Source: Phoronis australis (Eukaryota > Animalia > Phoronida). From it: a stretch of 64,000 nt of DNA. How positions within the stretch are numbered: the stretch's first letter is position 1; each line of letters starts with the position of its first letter. A program made the position numbers and the translations under genes. Shown here in pieces: positions 41,801 through 51,480 of the stretch. Location: assembly GCA_002633005.1 (NCBI GenBank), contig NMRA01000071.1:154976-218975 (forward strand), given 5' to 3'. A model generated the notes under the pieces. That model searched no databases and had not been told where the DNA came from. It was given only the letters and a program-made list of their open reading frames with translations.

Positions 41801-44800
41801 AAACTATCACATTTTGTCTTCAAGAGCAGAAACTAAAAACAACTGATCATTACTTTATGGTAGTCATGCACGTGGTAATCTAAATTTACATGTGTAACTC
41901 ATCTAAATGCATGCAAGAGCTCGGTGCTCAAAGCTAACAGCAGTGGCTGCAGTGACAAGAGCGACTAAAGGAAAGAGACTCACCTGTCCACCAGTCAGAT
42001 CCTAGAAAGGTGATTCACAGAGACAGTATTAGACAGGATGGCTACAGATGCTATATCACGTCACACAACACAATGCTCATCAACTAGCGGAGAATAGTCT
42101 GAGAAAATGTTCACTTGAGAGCAGCAACACGTCAATCAGAAAAGCTTTAATCCCTGCCTTAGTTCTCAAGTCAACTTTGCACATGAACAGAAGCACCACC
42201 CACACATGAACAGAAGCACCATCCACACATGAACAGAAGCACCATCCACACATGAACAGAAGCACCACCCACACATGACAACATATAACCATGTACATCA
42301 CAAAAGGCAAAAATGAAAGGCGTGCTCATCTTCTCAGAAATGTCCACTGAGTAACACCAGTAACTTTTCATTAAATCTACAATCTGAAGCACTACTCATC
42401 CCAGCCAAAGACATCATCAAACTTGGTAGAATAATTGAGACAAACACAAAACTTAACACAACAATAATCAATAGAATCCTAAAGAAAGAAAAAACCTGCC
42501 TGGTTTCCAACTGAAACACTTCCCTCAAATTTCATAACGATTTTTCAAACCGCTTGGCAGACAAAAAGCCGCATGTTACAAAACACCATTAATATACAAA
42601 TTGCCTCTGGGGTGCACAACATGCTGAAGCTGTGGGAAAATGGACAGGTGCTGCTTTCTTGCTGAGACACAGGAACTGCACAGGTTAAGAAACAGAGACT
42701 GTACAGGGTGAGAGATAGAGACACAGAAAGTGCAGTGTGAGACACACGGAGAACAGGGTGAGACTTAGAGAGTACAGGGTGAGACACAGACAGTGCACGG
42801 TGAGAGGCTGGGACTGTACAGGGTGAGACAGAATACAGGGTGAGAAACTAGGACTGTACAAGGTGAGAGAGAGTACAAGGTGAGCAATACTCGCTGGTTC
42901 CCTGCATGCCGCTAGGTGGGCCGGTAGCTGCGCCAGCACAACAGTATCACTCAATTTTCCTCGGGAAATATTTTTACACCGGCATTTCTGATTGGCTAGT
43001 CGAATTCTCAACAGGCAACGCTTTACGCAAACAAACTGGCATGACAGAAGGACTGAAGTGTAAATGTGGTCTGTTGTACAGACAAATCGGTGCTTAAAAT
43101 TTATGTTCAGGAAATGTGAAGCCTAGAAATTGTGATTGCGCCTTTTCAAAATGCATCTTTCTTATGTCAATTACTTTTGTTTACCATACGATATTGTCCT
43201 GTATTCATGTAGTATGAATAACACCAGTTAAATCAGCCAGATATGTGTTTAATGTACACGACTGTATGAGCTTCAAGCACGCGGCTATTAAACATAACTG
43301 CAGAAACAAAATAGTTGCTGGGACGCCACTTGCATGGCAAGGCTAAAAATCGTTCACAGACCGCTATTTTTTCACGGTGTTGTAGAGCTAACCAATGACT
43401 GCCGAGGTTACATTGACCAATGCTAAAGCGCATGCCACTGCGTGATACCTGCGTGCTGGCTGGGCTAAGCACGCAGAGTACCAGCGAGGGTGAGCAATAG
43501 AGACAGTACGGGGTGAGACACAGATAGTCCAGTGTGAGATACTAAGAGCGAGACTGTACAGGGTGAGAGACTGGACTGTACAGGGTGAGACAGAGTACAA
43601 GGTGAGAGTCAGAGACTGTATAGGATGAAACAGAGTGTAAGGTGAGAGACGGTGACTGTGCAGGGTGAGACAGAGTGAAAGGTGACAGATAAGAGTAGAC
43701 GTGACAAACTGAGACTGTACAGGATGAGAGACTAGGATTGTACAGGATGAGACAGAGTTAACGGTGAACAAAACAGATTGTACAGGGCGAGACAGAATAC
43801 AGGGTGAGAGACGGAGGCTGTACAGAGTGAGACACAGATACTGTACAGAGTGAGACTGAGACTGTATAGGGTGAGAGACAGAGATTGTACACGGTGAAAG
43901 AGAGAGTACAAGGTGAGAGACAGAGATTGTACTGAGTGAAAGACAGATTAAAGATCTCATCTTACCTCTTGGTCCATAATGTCATTCAACCGCTCCAACT
44001 TATCTTGCAGCTGTGCTGCTTCATGTTCAGGTAAACCTGAAATAACAAGTTATCATAGATACTAAAAATAAGAGTCTCTTGCTGGGATCCACAGACATGT
44101 GAAACTAATTACTACAAATCCAATCAATAAACAAGCACAAATCCATCAAATTTTGCTACCTTGGTCATGCTTCTCGCCACACAAAGTCAAGACCACTTGG
44201 ATTTAAGGTATGTAAGAACATGAGCAATTACACAGCTCGTCATCCGCATATCAACTTAGCAACATACTGGTCACCCTTGCTCTATTCAACTTTACAGCAA
44301 TATACTGGTCACCCTTGCTCTATTCAACTTTACAGCAATATACTGGTCACCCTTGCTCTATTCAACTTTACAGCAATATACTGGTCACCCCTGCTCTATT
44401 CAACTTTACAGCAATATACTGGTCACCCCTGCTCTATTCAACTTAACAGCAATACTGGTCAACCCTGCTCTATTCAACTTTACAGCAATATAATGGTCAC
44501 ACCTGCTCTATTCAACTTCACAGCAATATATTGGTCACCCCTGCTCTATTCAACTTAACAGCAATATAATGGTCACACCTGCTCTATTCAACTTCACAGC
44601 AATATATTGGTCACTCCTGCTCTATTCAACTTAACAGCAATATACTGGTCGACCCTGCTCTATTCAACTTTACAACAATATACTGGTCACACCTGCTCTA
44701 TTCAACTTTACAGCAATAAACTGGTATTGCTATAATTGAACTCTGCTACTTCTAATACATTACTCCAGTGAACACAGTGGTGCAGCTACAATACTAACTA

Positions 44801-47800
44801 TGAAGTTATAATACCTCAGCCACAATAAGGGTTACCAGTGGTGTTCTAACACTTCACTGAAAATGAAGTTAGAGACTGATATAAACTGCAGCGTTCTAAC
44901 ACTTCACTGACAATGAAGTAAGTGACTAATATAAACTGTAGTGTTCTAACACTTCATGAAGTAAATAAAGAAGAGGGAATGATATCAAATGGGGTGTTCT
45001 AACATTTCAATGTCAATATGGCTGACCTATTGTACAAAAATGACACATGATCAAATTTACAGCATGACGATTCATGGGTGAGTCACAACATAACTGCCGG
45101 ACCCGAAGCATAACCGGTGGTCCTCCACAAATCAGACCAACTTAGCACAAAACAGGACCTACGGGGATCAAATGGGACTGCAGGATCAGAAAATAGGACA
45201 GACACACCTAAAAACATGACCAACACACCTAAAAACATGACCGACAAACCTAAAAACATTACCGCCCCACCACAAAACAGGACCACTATAATAATTATAA
45301 ATGCATATTATGTGACACTGGTTATTACGTAGCCAGCCAGCTAGCTGTATGAAGATCATTGTCAAAATACAGCTAAGTACCAACTGTGTGTTGAGCTACG
45401 TTAGACCCTGAAATTTCACACAGCCCGGGTTATTCTGCTCGTCACCTCGTTATGAAACTTATGTCAACATGCAGAGCTGACGATCGGCAGGGGTGCATGC
45501 AAAATGTGGGAGTCAACTGTTTAAGTGTAAAACAATCTAATAAACATCATTTACTTGCATAATTATCCGCCTTTTGTAACAAAAAAAGCCTGTTGCCGTT
45601 TTGAAAACAGTACCCTCTGATATGCGCACGCAAATTTTTCCAACACTGGTAAATAATTTAGGTTACTCAAGGAAGAGTGTAGTTTTTACTCATACTTATT
45701 CCGTGTCAGTTTTTACCCACATTGGCCCAAGCTCTATATTTAGTATACAGCTTTGCACCAAGGCTAGTTATGACGATAATTAACCCCAGATCCAGTTATC
45801 CTCAAATGCATTTTTTGACTAAGATGTCAAATTTGAAAAATAATAATAATAATAAATAACTTTATTTATAGAGGATAAAAACATGTTAAGTCTAAAACTT
45901 ATCTACCACATGATCCTCGAAATTACAATAGATGAAAATAAATAAATAAATAAGATAAACAATGATTTGTACCTGTAGATGAATGAAAAATGAAATAAAG
46001 ACGTTAATTAATGTCAATTTTTGACGTGCAAAAGTGTTTTATTCTGTTCTAAAACCAACGCAGTGGATAAAATTATATTTATTTAGCTCACAAATGTGTA
46101 ACGTGGTTGGTTTTTGGCTAGATTAACTAATTTTAAATGTTGACCTTCTTTCAATTCTTTATAAGGTGGGACATTCAAATTTCAATTCCCAGCGATCATG
46201 TTCAGACTCCAGCGGTCCTGTTTTGTGGTGAGGCGGTCACATTTTTAGGTACATCAGTAACATTTTCTGGCACCGCAGTGCAATTTGATTCCCGTAAGTC
46301 CTGTTTTTGGCGAGTCTTTCCGATTTGGAGGACACACAGTTATGTTTTGGGTCCGGCGATCATGTTTCTCACCCGTGCAATTGGCCAAATGAATTTTACA
46401 GCAGTACAAAACTCATAAATAAAAACAAAGGTGTTACACATAATGAGAATGGCAAAAGAAGTGTTAAGATGAAACTTGAGAGATAGACTAACTATCCAAG
46501 CCTTTAGTGAGCAAGTTAAGCTTTACCACTGAAGCAAAGAGTAACCTGAGTGTGTAAACCAATAACTCAGATTGACCCACTGTACCTACCAGCTGACTCA
46601 TGATCTAAAGAAAAGAAAATATACTGCATTACTCAATAGATTTCAAGCATATCTTGTTGATTCACAATCACTTTAAACTCAGTAGATTATTTGCATGAGC
46701 ACTCTCATCAACATACACCTCCATGTCCAGCACCAAACATCAACATACACCTCCATGTCCAGCATCAAATTAATGACAGTTCTAGGAAATAACTAGCACT
46801 GAATCAGGACGACTAACAAAACATGAAGTGAGTAACGAGTTGCACTTAAGCATCTGGTTGTTCCCATGAGGTCAGGAACCTTACACCCCAGAGGTCTACT
46901 GCTAGACACCCCAGAGGTCTACTGCTAGACACCCCCAGAGGTCTACTGCTAGACACCCCAGAGGTCTACTGCTAGACATCCCAGAGGTCTACTGCTGGAC
47001 ATCCCAGAGGTCTACTGCTTGATACCACAGAGACCTACTGCTAGACACCCCAGAGGTCTACTGCTAGACACCCCAGATCTCCACTACCTCGCATGCTCAG
47101 GGCTTCACATACCAATCTTTAGTAACTAGCACCTCACATAACAAGGAGCCTTGTATGTCACATCCTACTGTATTACCTACCATGTATACCATGTCCTACG
47201 GCATTCCATGCCTTGTCCTACTGTATTACCTACCATGTATACCATGTCCTACGGCATTCCATGCCTTGTATGTCATGTCCTAGTGTATTGCATGCCTTGT
47301 ATGTCATGTCCTAGTGTATTAAATGTCTTGTATGTCATGTCCTAGGGTATTACACGCATTGCACGTCATTTCCTAGTGTATTACACGCCTTGTATGTCAT
47401 GTCCTAGTGTATTACACGCCTTGTACGTCATGTAATAGCTTATTACATGCCAAGGTTCAGTATCCTACACCTCAATGTCTAATATCTGCCAACGCAATAT
47501 TTAGCACATAACACCCCAAGGTCATTTACTGTACACCCCAAATCAACTACTCTACATCCTGAAGGTCTGATGCCTTAGACCTCATGGTCTACTTTTAGTT
47601 CTAATGTCTAGCACTTAGCGCCCATGGACTAGTGCTTGGAACCCAAGCTACGGTGGTTAGACAAAAAGATCTAGTACCTCACACCCAAAAATCTTGTATC
47701 ATGTGTTACAAGGGACAGTGCCTGAACCTTCAAGGGTATTCTGGGCTGACAACCCTTTAAGCACATAATCTATAACCTCCATGCTGTGAATATGTATTTT

Positions 47801-50297
47801 GCAAGAGAAAAAATATATCGTTTCCTAAATTTTCAAAAAGGAAATGTCTTGCTGGTCAGATCTTGTCATCTCGACCATTTCCATCATACTCTATTGTTTT
47901 CTGGTTGGATTTTCCTGACCTGGTGCTTCAAAAGAATTGAGTGATATTGTTTTCATTTTCAGGTGATGGTTTGAAGAGAAACAAATACTCAAAATCTATG
48001 ATAATTACTTTTAAAAACCCGTAAAGTATTTCCCAGTTTTTATAGGCCAATGTGCCACCTAATGGACGGTACTGTTACAGGCCTACAACATGGCAACAAG
48101 TGGAAAAGTCTGTCTGCTTTCTTAAAGGAGACAGGCAGACTTGAAAACTTCCTTCACAAACAAGTTGTTGACCCACAACAGGGCTCTCATGTTTTAGCTC
48201 AGGTCGTTTGGTGCAAAGGCTCAACCATGAGGCCTGCGCGTGTCTGATGCACTGTAAACGACATCAGATCACCTGCACTCTTTTTTTGAAAACCCGTATG
48301 AAGTGATTCTTAGGCCCTACATGTAGAGAGAATACGAATAAATTCGTAAAAGTAGGTAGCCCTGGGTATAGTACCTTGAACCTCATGGATTGATAGCATA
48401 CACCCTGTTCACCACATGGACGTTCAAAGAGTGCATCAATCAGTACACTGTGCCCTGTAGGAGTACACCAGCCCAGTTACTCACCGTATGGTAGTTCAAA
48501 GCGTGCGTCAATCAGTACACTGTGCCCTGTAGGAGTGCACCAGCCCAGGTACTCACCATATGGTAGTTCAAAGCGTACATCGATCAGTACACTGTGCCCT
48601 GTAGGAGTGCACCAGCCCAGGTACTCACCATATGGTAGTTCAAAGCGTACCAGTACCGCTGCCGTATACTATGAACTGCTCCTAATCTACTACTCACCAT
48701 ATGGTAGTTCAAAGCGTGCATCAATCAGTACACTGTGCCCTGTAGGGGTGCACCAGCCCAGGTACTCACCATATGGTAGTTCAAAGCGTGCATCAATCAG
48801 TACACTGTGCCCTGTAGGAGTGCACCAGCCCAGGTACTCACCATATGGTAGTTCAAAGCGTGCATCAATCAGTACACTGTGCCCTGTAGGGGTCCTTGTT
48901 CCTGCAACATCTCCTTCTCTCATTATTAGCTCTGCATCCAGAACTAACCACTTTCCAGCACCTTCCTGTCAACAAACACAACAGCTCTGTGACATACTGC
49001 CCACACATGGATGTATACTGTGATAGGCAGAACATTACATACTGCAGTAAGCCACTACAACACAATTGATCCAAGATCAGCAGATATCAGTTCCTCACCA
49101 GGCAACTACTGTCATCAAAGGAGGCACAGATAGATCAAACACAGCACAACCCATCACCAGGCAACTATTGCTCTATGCCATGTCCTAAACTGTATTACAT
49201 TGCTTGAATGTCATGTCCTAGTGTATCATATGCCTTGAATGTCATGTCCTAGTGTATCATATGCTTTGTATGTCATGTCCTAGTGTATCATATGCTTTGA
49301 ATGTCATGTCCTAGTGTATCATATGCTTTGTATGTATGTCCTATTGTATCACGTCTCATAAGTCATGTATATAGTGTATCACATGCCTTGTATGTCATGT
49401 CATAGTGTATCACATGTCTCATATGTCATGTAATAGTGTATTACATGCCCCCTATGTCATGACCAAGTGTTTCACATGCTTTGTATGTCATATCCTAGTG
49501 TATTATATGCCGCACAACCGCATCACCAAGCAACTATTGCTATCAAAGGAGTCACAGATACAACAAACACAACACTACCACATCAGATATGTCTGATGCA
49601 AAAAACAAAAAACTTGAGATTTCATTGAATGCACGGTGTCGTATTTTATGGATAATTGCTGAACAGATTTCTGTAACATTTTATTAGAATAATGGTGAGA
49701 GTAACACTTAAATGAGAATATTGCAGAGTAACACTTAAATGAGAATATTGCAGAGTAACGCTTTAAATGTTATAATGAACGTAAAAAACAATCCATTGTG
49801 CTGGGAAAATTACCCTTGTCAGAACAGCTCAGACTGACCTCGGTATAATAGAAAAAATACAAAATCAAAGAATGAGACTGATCCAGTTACACTACACTTT
49901 AATTAGTGGTTACCCTAGGCACATAATGGTTACCCTAGGCACATAATGGTTACCCTAGGCACATAATGGTTACCCTAGGCACATAATGGTTACCCTAGGC
50001 ACATAGTGGTTACCCTAGGCACATAATGGTTACCCTAGGCACATAATGGTTACCCTCTAGCACATAATGGTTACCCTCTAGCACATGCTGGTTACCCCCA
50101 GTACATAGTTACAGGCGCATCTTATTGTCACTTACAACAGGTGGGTATGCTCAAAAGCACACCTTTCCTGGGTACTTACCTGATTAGAGTGTGGTATCTT
50201 CATCAAAGGCAGCCAGTGAATTCCAAGTAGTTTGTCCCATAACATGCCTTTATTCCACAACTCAATGGTTAATCCAGTGTCCAGCCTCATGGTCTCA
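2840..50297 (-). CDS. unc-13: unc-13/Munc13 homolog, partial multi-exon gene (C2A to pre-C1 region); continues beyond both ends of this span
   Basis: Spliced peptide has C2A motifs (ELWNKGMLWDKLLG; WLVLDAELIM..GTRTPTGHSVLIDARFELP), DSDYTSD..YP, a CaM-binding helix (RWLRAYQKVRAHL) and IDSMPEITPRKKSIPLVSDL. All exons have AG/GT ends and compatible phases. Confidence 0.95.
3246..3336 (-). CDS. unc-13: unc-13 exon, 91 bp, FLEHSSFYTSIDSMPEITPRKKSIPLVSDL
   Basis: Acceptor ttctttattag, donor gtaagt, phase 2 to 0. Conserved pre-C1 motif (IDSMPDIRKRKPIPLVSDL in Munc13-1). Confidence 0.95.
3377..3720. repeat. 60-bp minisatellite, about 6 copies
   Basis: gacagactctatgtaagaacccc... recurs with a 60-bp period. 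Confidence 0.95.
3880..4760. repeat. about 30-32-bp minisatellite, over 20 copies
   Basis: Unit aaaccctgtcaactgactcactgtctctatttat. Confidence 0.95.
4804..4883 (-). CDS. unc-13: unc-13 exon, 80 bp, NDIENGDLVGELPRRNKYSWSKFANG(G)
   Basis: Acceptor gttatttcag, donor gtgagt, phase 0 to 2. Bridges the CaM exon to the IDSMP exon. Confidence 0.85.
5092..5767 (+). mobile_element. DNA transposon remnant with frameshifted THAP zinc-finger coding sequence
   Basis: KRCVSGGCSN (one frame) plus PKD..QKW..LCSAHFEDSCF (another frame) gives the THAP C2CH signature. A 16-bp inverted repeat acgtcatgggttgaac/gttcaacccatgacgt brackets it. True ends not determined. Confidence 0.75.
6620..7252. repeat. 63-bp minisatellite, about 10 copies
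   Basis: Unit atatacacaagtgtaacacatttaagttaatcagatgtc...; produces spurious 21-aa repeat ORFs. Confidence 0.95.
7261..7656 (-). CDS. unc-13: candidate alternative first coding exon of unc-13 (132 codons, MGTQYSLICPG...NMEEAE)
   Basis: Kozak GTCACCATGG, in-frame TGA upstream at 7681-7683, possible acceptor tttacag before 7690. Open frame ends at GAA|gtaaga in phase 0, matching the exon at 4883. Confidence 0.6.
8140..8860. repeat. compound minisatellite
   Basis: Alternating cagtttcacaggataaatcac and aatttagtatcttagtacctatggataa subunits. Confidence 0.9.
13330..13625 (+). repeat. 49-bp tandem repeat (about 6 copies) amplified from the Penelope RT
   Basis: Unit gttctaatgtttacccaccagcttcctgtaaatgacaaagttacatttt, starts at 13334, 13383, 13432 and onward. 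Confidence 0.95.
13655..13860 (-). mobile_element. probable LINE/SINE 3' end inserted in the Penelope copy
   Basis: (TTTA)n tail next to a short stem-loop (gagggtggcctctt..aagagggccctc). A similar arrangement occurs at about 45840-45970. Confidence 0.45.
17263..19693. mobile_element. older inverted-repeat element hosting a nested transposon
   Basis: acagctaaccagcccgaaaacac..tttaaaacaggaatcccagg (about 17285-17340) is inverted at about 19615-19675. Ends approximate. Confidence 0.65.
18017..19480 (+). mobile_element. Tc1/mariner-pogo-type non-autonomous transposon (TA TSD) carrying a HIRAN-like remnant
   Basis: TA|ccgtattcgccgtaataaccgccc ... gggtggttattacggcaaatacgg|TA. Internal peptide SSIRGFHVYKEIWIP..NPVDKY..KISRSF..LRHDGSL..VTAKY. 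Confidence 0.8.
20845..22230. repeat. cluster of three minisatellites (about 30-33, 13-14 and 22 bp units)
   Basis: agagaccaataatccaccaagga; ctggtgtttatga; gtgtcaatgtgaacacacttga. Confidence 0.9.
22519..23257. other. assembly gap (739 N)
   Basis: Run of N adjoining a 60-bp tandem array. Confidence 1.
23258..23560. repeat. 60-bp minisatellite
   Basis: Unit acacaacacacatcaccagctgacactgttaacaactatatcctcagactac...; runs into the gap. Confidence 0.95.
23590..24643 (-). CDS. unc-13: unc-13 large exon, 1054 bp: acidic Y/S/D/R-rich linker ending in calmodulin-binding helix ARIRWLRAYQKVRAHLNE
   Basis: Acceptor tttatattgtag, donor gtaagt, phase 2 to 0, fully open. The end resembles the Munc13-1 CaM site WLRAFNKVRMQLQE. 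Confidence 0.92.
24950..25280. repeat. 39-bp minisatellite, about 8 copies
   Basis: Unit acaggtcatagtgtgccactgaccaacaacaca; explains the 13-aa repeat ORFs. Confidence 0.95.
25571..25666 (-). CDS. unc-13: candidate cassette exon, 96 bp, SPVRLTGLSQSLLRQTAVEYDVSYEDQPAKST
   Basis: Strong acceptor ttccctccattttgtag, weak donor CAG|gtggtg, symmetric phase 2, open frame, TGCATG about 30 nt downstream. Confidence 0.55.
27611..27685 (-). CDS. unc-13: candidate cassette exon, 75 bp, SLYLDDYSDYQHPGYLDYTDTYINP
   Basis: Acceptor tttgtgttgcag, weak donor AAG|gtttat followed by TGCATG, symmetric phase 2, Tyr/Asp-rich open frame. Confidence 0.6.
27695..28271. repeat. 40-bp minisatellite, degenerating rightwards and interrupted by the hAT-like element
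   Basis: Unit agcactgagacactatctataaatagacagtactcagtac. Confidence 0.9.
28272..29012. mobile_element. non-autonomous hAT-like element, 5-bp TSD ATACA
   Basis: CAGGGCTCAACA ... TGTTGAGCCCTG termini, subterminal ttgcccg/gggcaa motifs, inserted in a minisatellite. Confidence 0.85.
29768..30148. mobile_element. hAT-like MITE, 6-bp TSD AATGTA
   Basis: CAGGGCTTGGAAT ... ATTCCAAGCCCTG termini, with AATGTA at 29762-29767 and 30149-30154. Confidence 0.85.
32433..32528 (-). CDS. unc-13: unc-13 exon, 96 bp, SDYYGNGYGSHHGSQHSVDRYLKSQDIVDGGD
   Basis: Acceptor tttgtgtttag, donor gtgggt, symmetric phase 2. Composition matches neighbouring exons. Confidence 0.8.
32670..33215. repeat. 30-bp minisatellite, about 18 copies
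   Basis: Unit aagttagtcttattcagcgcccatttctca. Confidence 0.95.
33423..34057. mobile_element. inverted-repeat non-autonomous element (ends approximate)
   Basis: tttggcaacctgg..ttcccaggtcacca versus tggccacttggga..ccaggttgccaaa. An internal motif is shared with about 48225-48280. Confidence 0.55.
35178..35638. repeat. two short arrays: 49 bp x3 and 27 bp x5
   Basis: agttctcagtcacaacttcctgc...; agtgtatattctgttaaacagactaac. Confidence 0.9.
35659..35787 (-). CDS. unc-13: unc-13 exon, 129 bp, SFDQYEDQRDYPPHDSPYHHGRSDTESSEPLYYNSRPLTQARE
   Basis: Acceptor cttggtttcag, donor gtggga, symmetric phase 2, open frame. EPLYYNSRP recalls an invertebrate Unc13 linker motif. Not shown in the ORF track. Confidence 0.85.
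36009..36230. repeat. near-perfect long palindrome (about 105-bp arms, 12-nt loop)
   Basis: ..gaatggatctactgaaattttcggata..gtaaaatcaaacac / gtgtttgattttac..tatccgaaaatttcagtagatccattc.. Confidence 0.9.
36619..37068. mobile_element. foldback MITE, family A, copy 2 (5-bp TSD TTATC), opposite orientation
   Basis: caaggtacctaaactacac ... tgtagtttaggtaccttg with roughly 200-bp arms, TTATC on both sides, central spacer inverted relative to copy 1. Confidence 0.9.
38621..38777 (-). CDS. unc-13: unc-13 exon, 157 bp, SGMSDADSDYTSDINYPTRHQHNVSAHQ...DSRYD
   Basis: Acceptor tgttacag, donor gtattc, phase 1 to 2. Has the DSDY.SD and N.SAHQ motifs of the Unc13 linker. Confidence 0.9.
39494..39536 (-). CDS. 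unc-13: unc-13 exon, 43 bp, MNFLKSQHRRAYSQ(S)
   Basis: Acceptor ctattttag, donor gtatgt. Supplies the phase 0 to 1 bridge needed between the flanking exons. Confidence 0.8.
39585..40090. repeat. 16-bp minisatellite, about 30 copies
   Basis: Unit agtgaatgagacagac. Confidence 0.95.
40981..41890 (+). mobile_element. possible solo LTR
   Basis: Begins TGTCAG, repeated ttc(t/c)agaa motifs, CTATAAATA at about 41253, ends TTTACA. No TSD found, so boundaries are uncertain. Confidence 0.4.
41984..42001 (-). CDS. unc-13: candidate 18-nt microexon DLTGGQ
   Basis: ctaat branch-like site, cacctttctag acceptor, CAG|gtgagt donor. Frame-preserving in a phase-0 intron, with TGCATG downstream. Confidence 0.55.
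42890..43488. mobile_element. about 600-bp non-autonomous DNA element, family B, copy 1 (MULE-like TSD)
   Basis: CTCGCTGGT ... ACCAGCGAG termini, flanked by direct repeat GGTGAGCAATA. Confidence 0.85.
43966..44036 (-). CDS. unc-13: unc-13 exon, 71 bp, GLPEHEAAQLQDKLERLNDIMDQE (helical extension after C2A)
   Basis: Acceptor gttatttcag, donor gtaaga, phase 1 to 0. Resembles Munc13 DIPEEEA...KLEQLN. Confidence 0.93.
44260..44725. repeat. about 38-bp minisatellite
   Basis: Unit atactggtcacccttgctctattcaactttacagcaat. Confidence 0.95.
45073..46377. mobile_element. CAC-terminated DNA transposon derivative with long (about 170-200 bp) imperfect TIRs
   Basis: CATGGGTGAG ... CTCACCCGTG termini, arms share cacaaaacaggacc/ggtcctgttttgtg, flanks CGATT / CAATT. 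Confidence 0.75.
46885..47450. repeat. about 24-bp array followed by about 30-bp array; the latter recurs at 49175-49510
   Basis: ccccagaggtctactgctagaca; tgtatgtcatgtcctagtgtatt. Confidence 0.9.
48408..48890 (-). repeat. 72-bp tandem duplication of the C2A exon 3' end plus 5' splice site (seven donor copies)
   Basis: G|gtga junctions at 48842, 48770, 48698, 48629, 48557, 48485 and 48413. The unit translates as TPTGHSVLIDARFELPYGEYLGWC. Confidence 0.95.
48842..48965 (-). CDS. unc-13: unc-13 C2A exon, 124 bp, EGAGKWLVLDAELIMREGDVAGTRTPTGHSVLIDARFELPY
   Basis: Acceptor tttgttgacag, donor gtgagt, phase 0 to 1. Resembles Munc13 EGPGEWLTLD..GTKDPT.H.ILLD.RFELP. Confidence 0.95.
49905..50100. repeat. 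20-bp minisatellite
   Basis: Unit ggttaccctaggcacataat. Confidence 0.95.
50180..50297 (-). CDS. unc-13: unc-13 C2A exon, 118 bp, (F)ETMRLDTGLTIELWNKGMLWDKLLGIHWLPLMKIPHSNQ
   Basis: Acceptor tatttcag, donor gtaagt, phase 2 to 0. Closely resembles Munc13 C2A ([22 protein letters not shown]). Confidence 0.95.
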
Positions 50298-51480
50298 CTG
50301 AAATACACATTACCATTCACTTCACAGTTCACCATGACATCTGGTGAGCAACTAACCAACCAATCATTAACATGTGGCCGCCACCAGTAACACTAAATAG
50401 TCAACAAAGTATTCATGTGTTCAGGCACCCCTAGGGGCACCACAGTAGTTAGACCCATTTCATGATGATCCTCAGATAGACAGACAACAAATGATCAAAC
50501 GGCCAATACCTGGCATCACATTTGAACCATACTGGAAAGTCGCTGCTGTATTCAAAACAGAAAGTGATACATAAAATTTCATGAATACCTGACGAGGCAA
50601 ATGAAAAAATTAAAATTGCCACAAGAAGGTACAGCGCTGGTCAGGCTCATCAAAGCGTTCAGCCAATGTAACCTTCAAACTAAGGAAAACATTTATCACA
50701 ATTTCACAAAGATCCTGCAAGGATTTAAAGAGATAAAGCCATGGACCCAGAAAACAAATTGCGTTTAGGGAGTGACACAGCAGTCAAACAGGTCCGAAAA
50801 TCAACATTAGTCGTGGTTTTCTCATAAAGAACATGCCTGCTAATTTTTATAATAAAGCTTTTAGCAGTTTGGCAAAAATCAAACCCCAAAATAACGAAGT
50901 GGCCACTAGGTCGTACAAGATATGTCAAATACATTCGAAACAAAAAAATTTAGTTGTCTCTTCAATAGAATTGTTGGGCTAATATCATGACAATCAGTGG
51001 ATGAATGCACTTCAAAATTAAAGTGGCAAATATGTAAAATTGCCTCTAGGATGCAAAGTGGTATTGGGATCAGCTGAACACTCACAAACCCCCTTCAAAG
51101 GGTCAAGGAGATTCAGCAATGAATGGAAAAAGGGAAAATGGCAACGACGGGCCAAACAGTAGTCTGACTTATGCAAAAATCGAAGACAGTACGAAGACAC
51201 AACCCTTCGGAAATGCACTGGCCTTAAGTGCATGACATCGTCTTTCTTTTTTTGGTTTGAAAACTACATATTTGAGTTTCGTGGAAGTTATCATCAAAAA
51301 TTTGGTGCCACGATAGACCTGTCTGGCCTCTTGTTTGCAATCTCTACATGAAGTTATTGGAACAGAGGACGTTGAAAACAGACCAACTCGATCAGACTGT
51401 GGCCATGGAAAAGGTATATGAAGTTGTAATCGGAACAAAAAGACCATATCAATAGTATGGATACCACCAGTAATGTCAGG

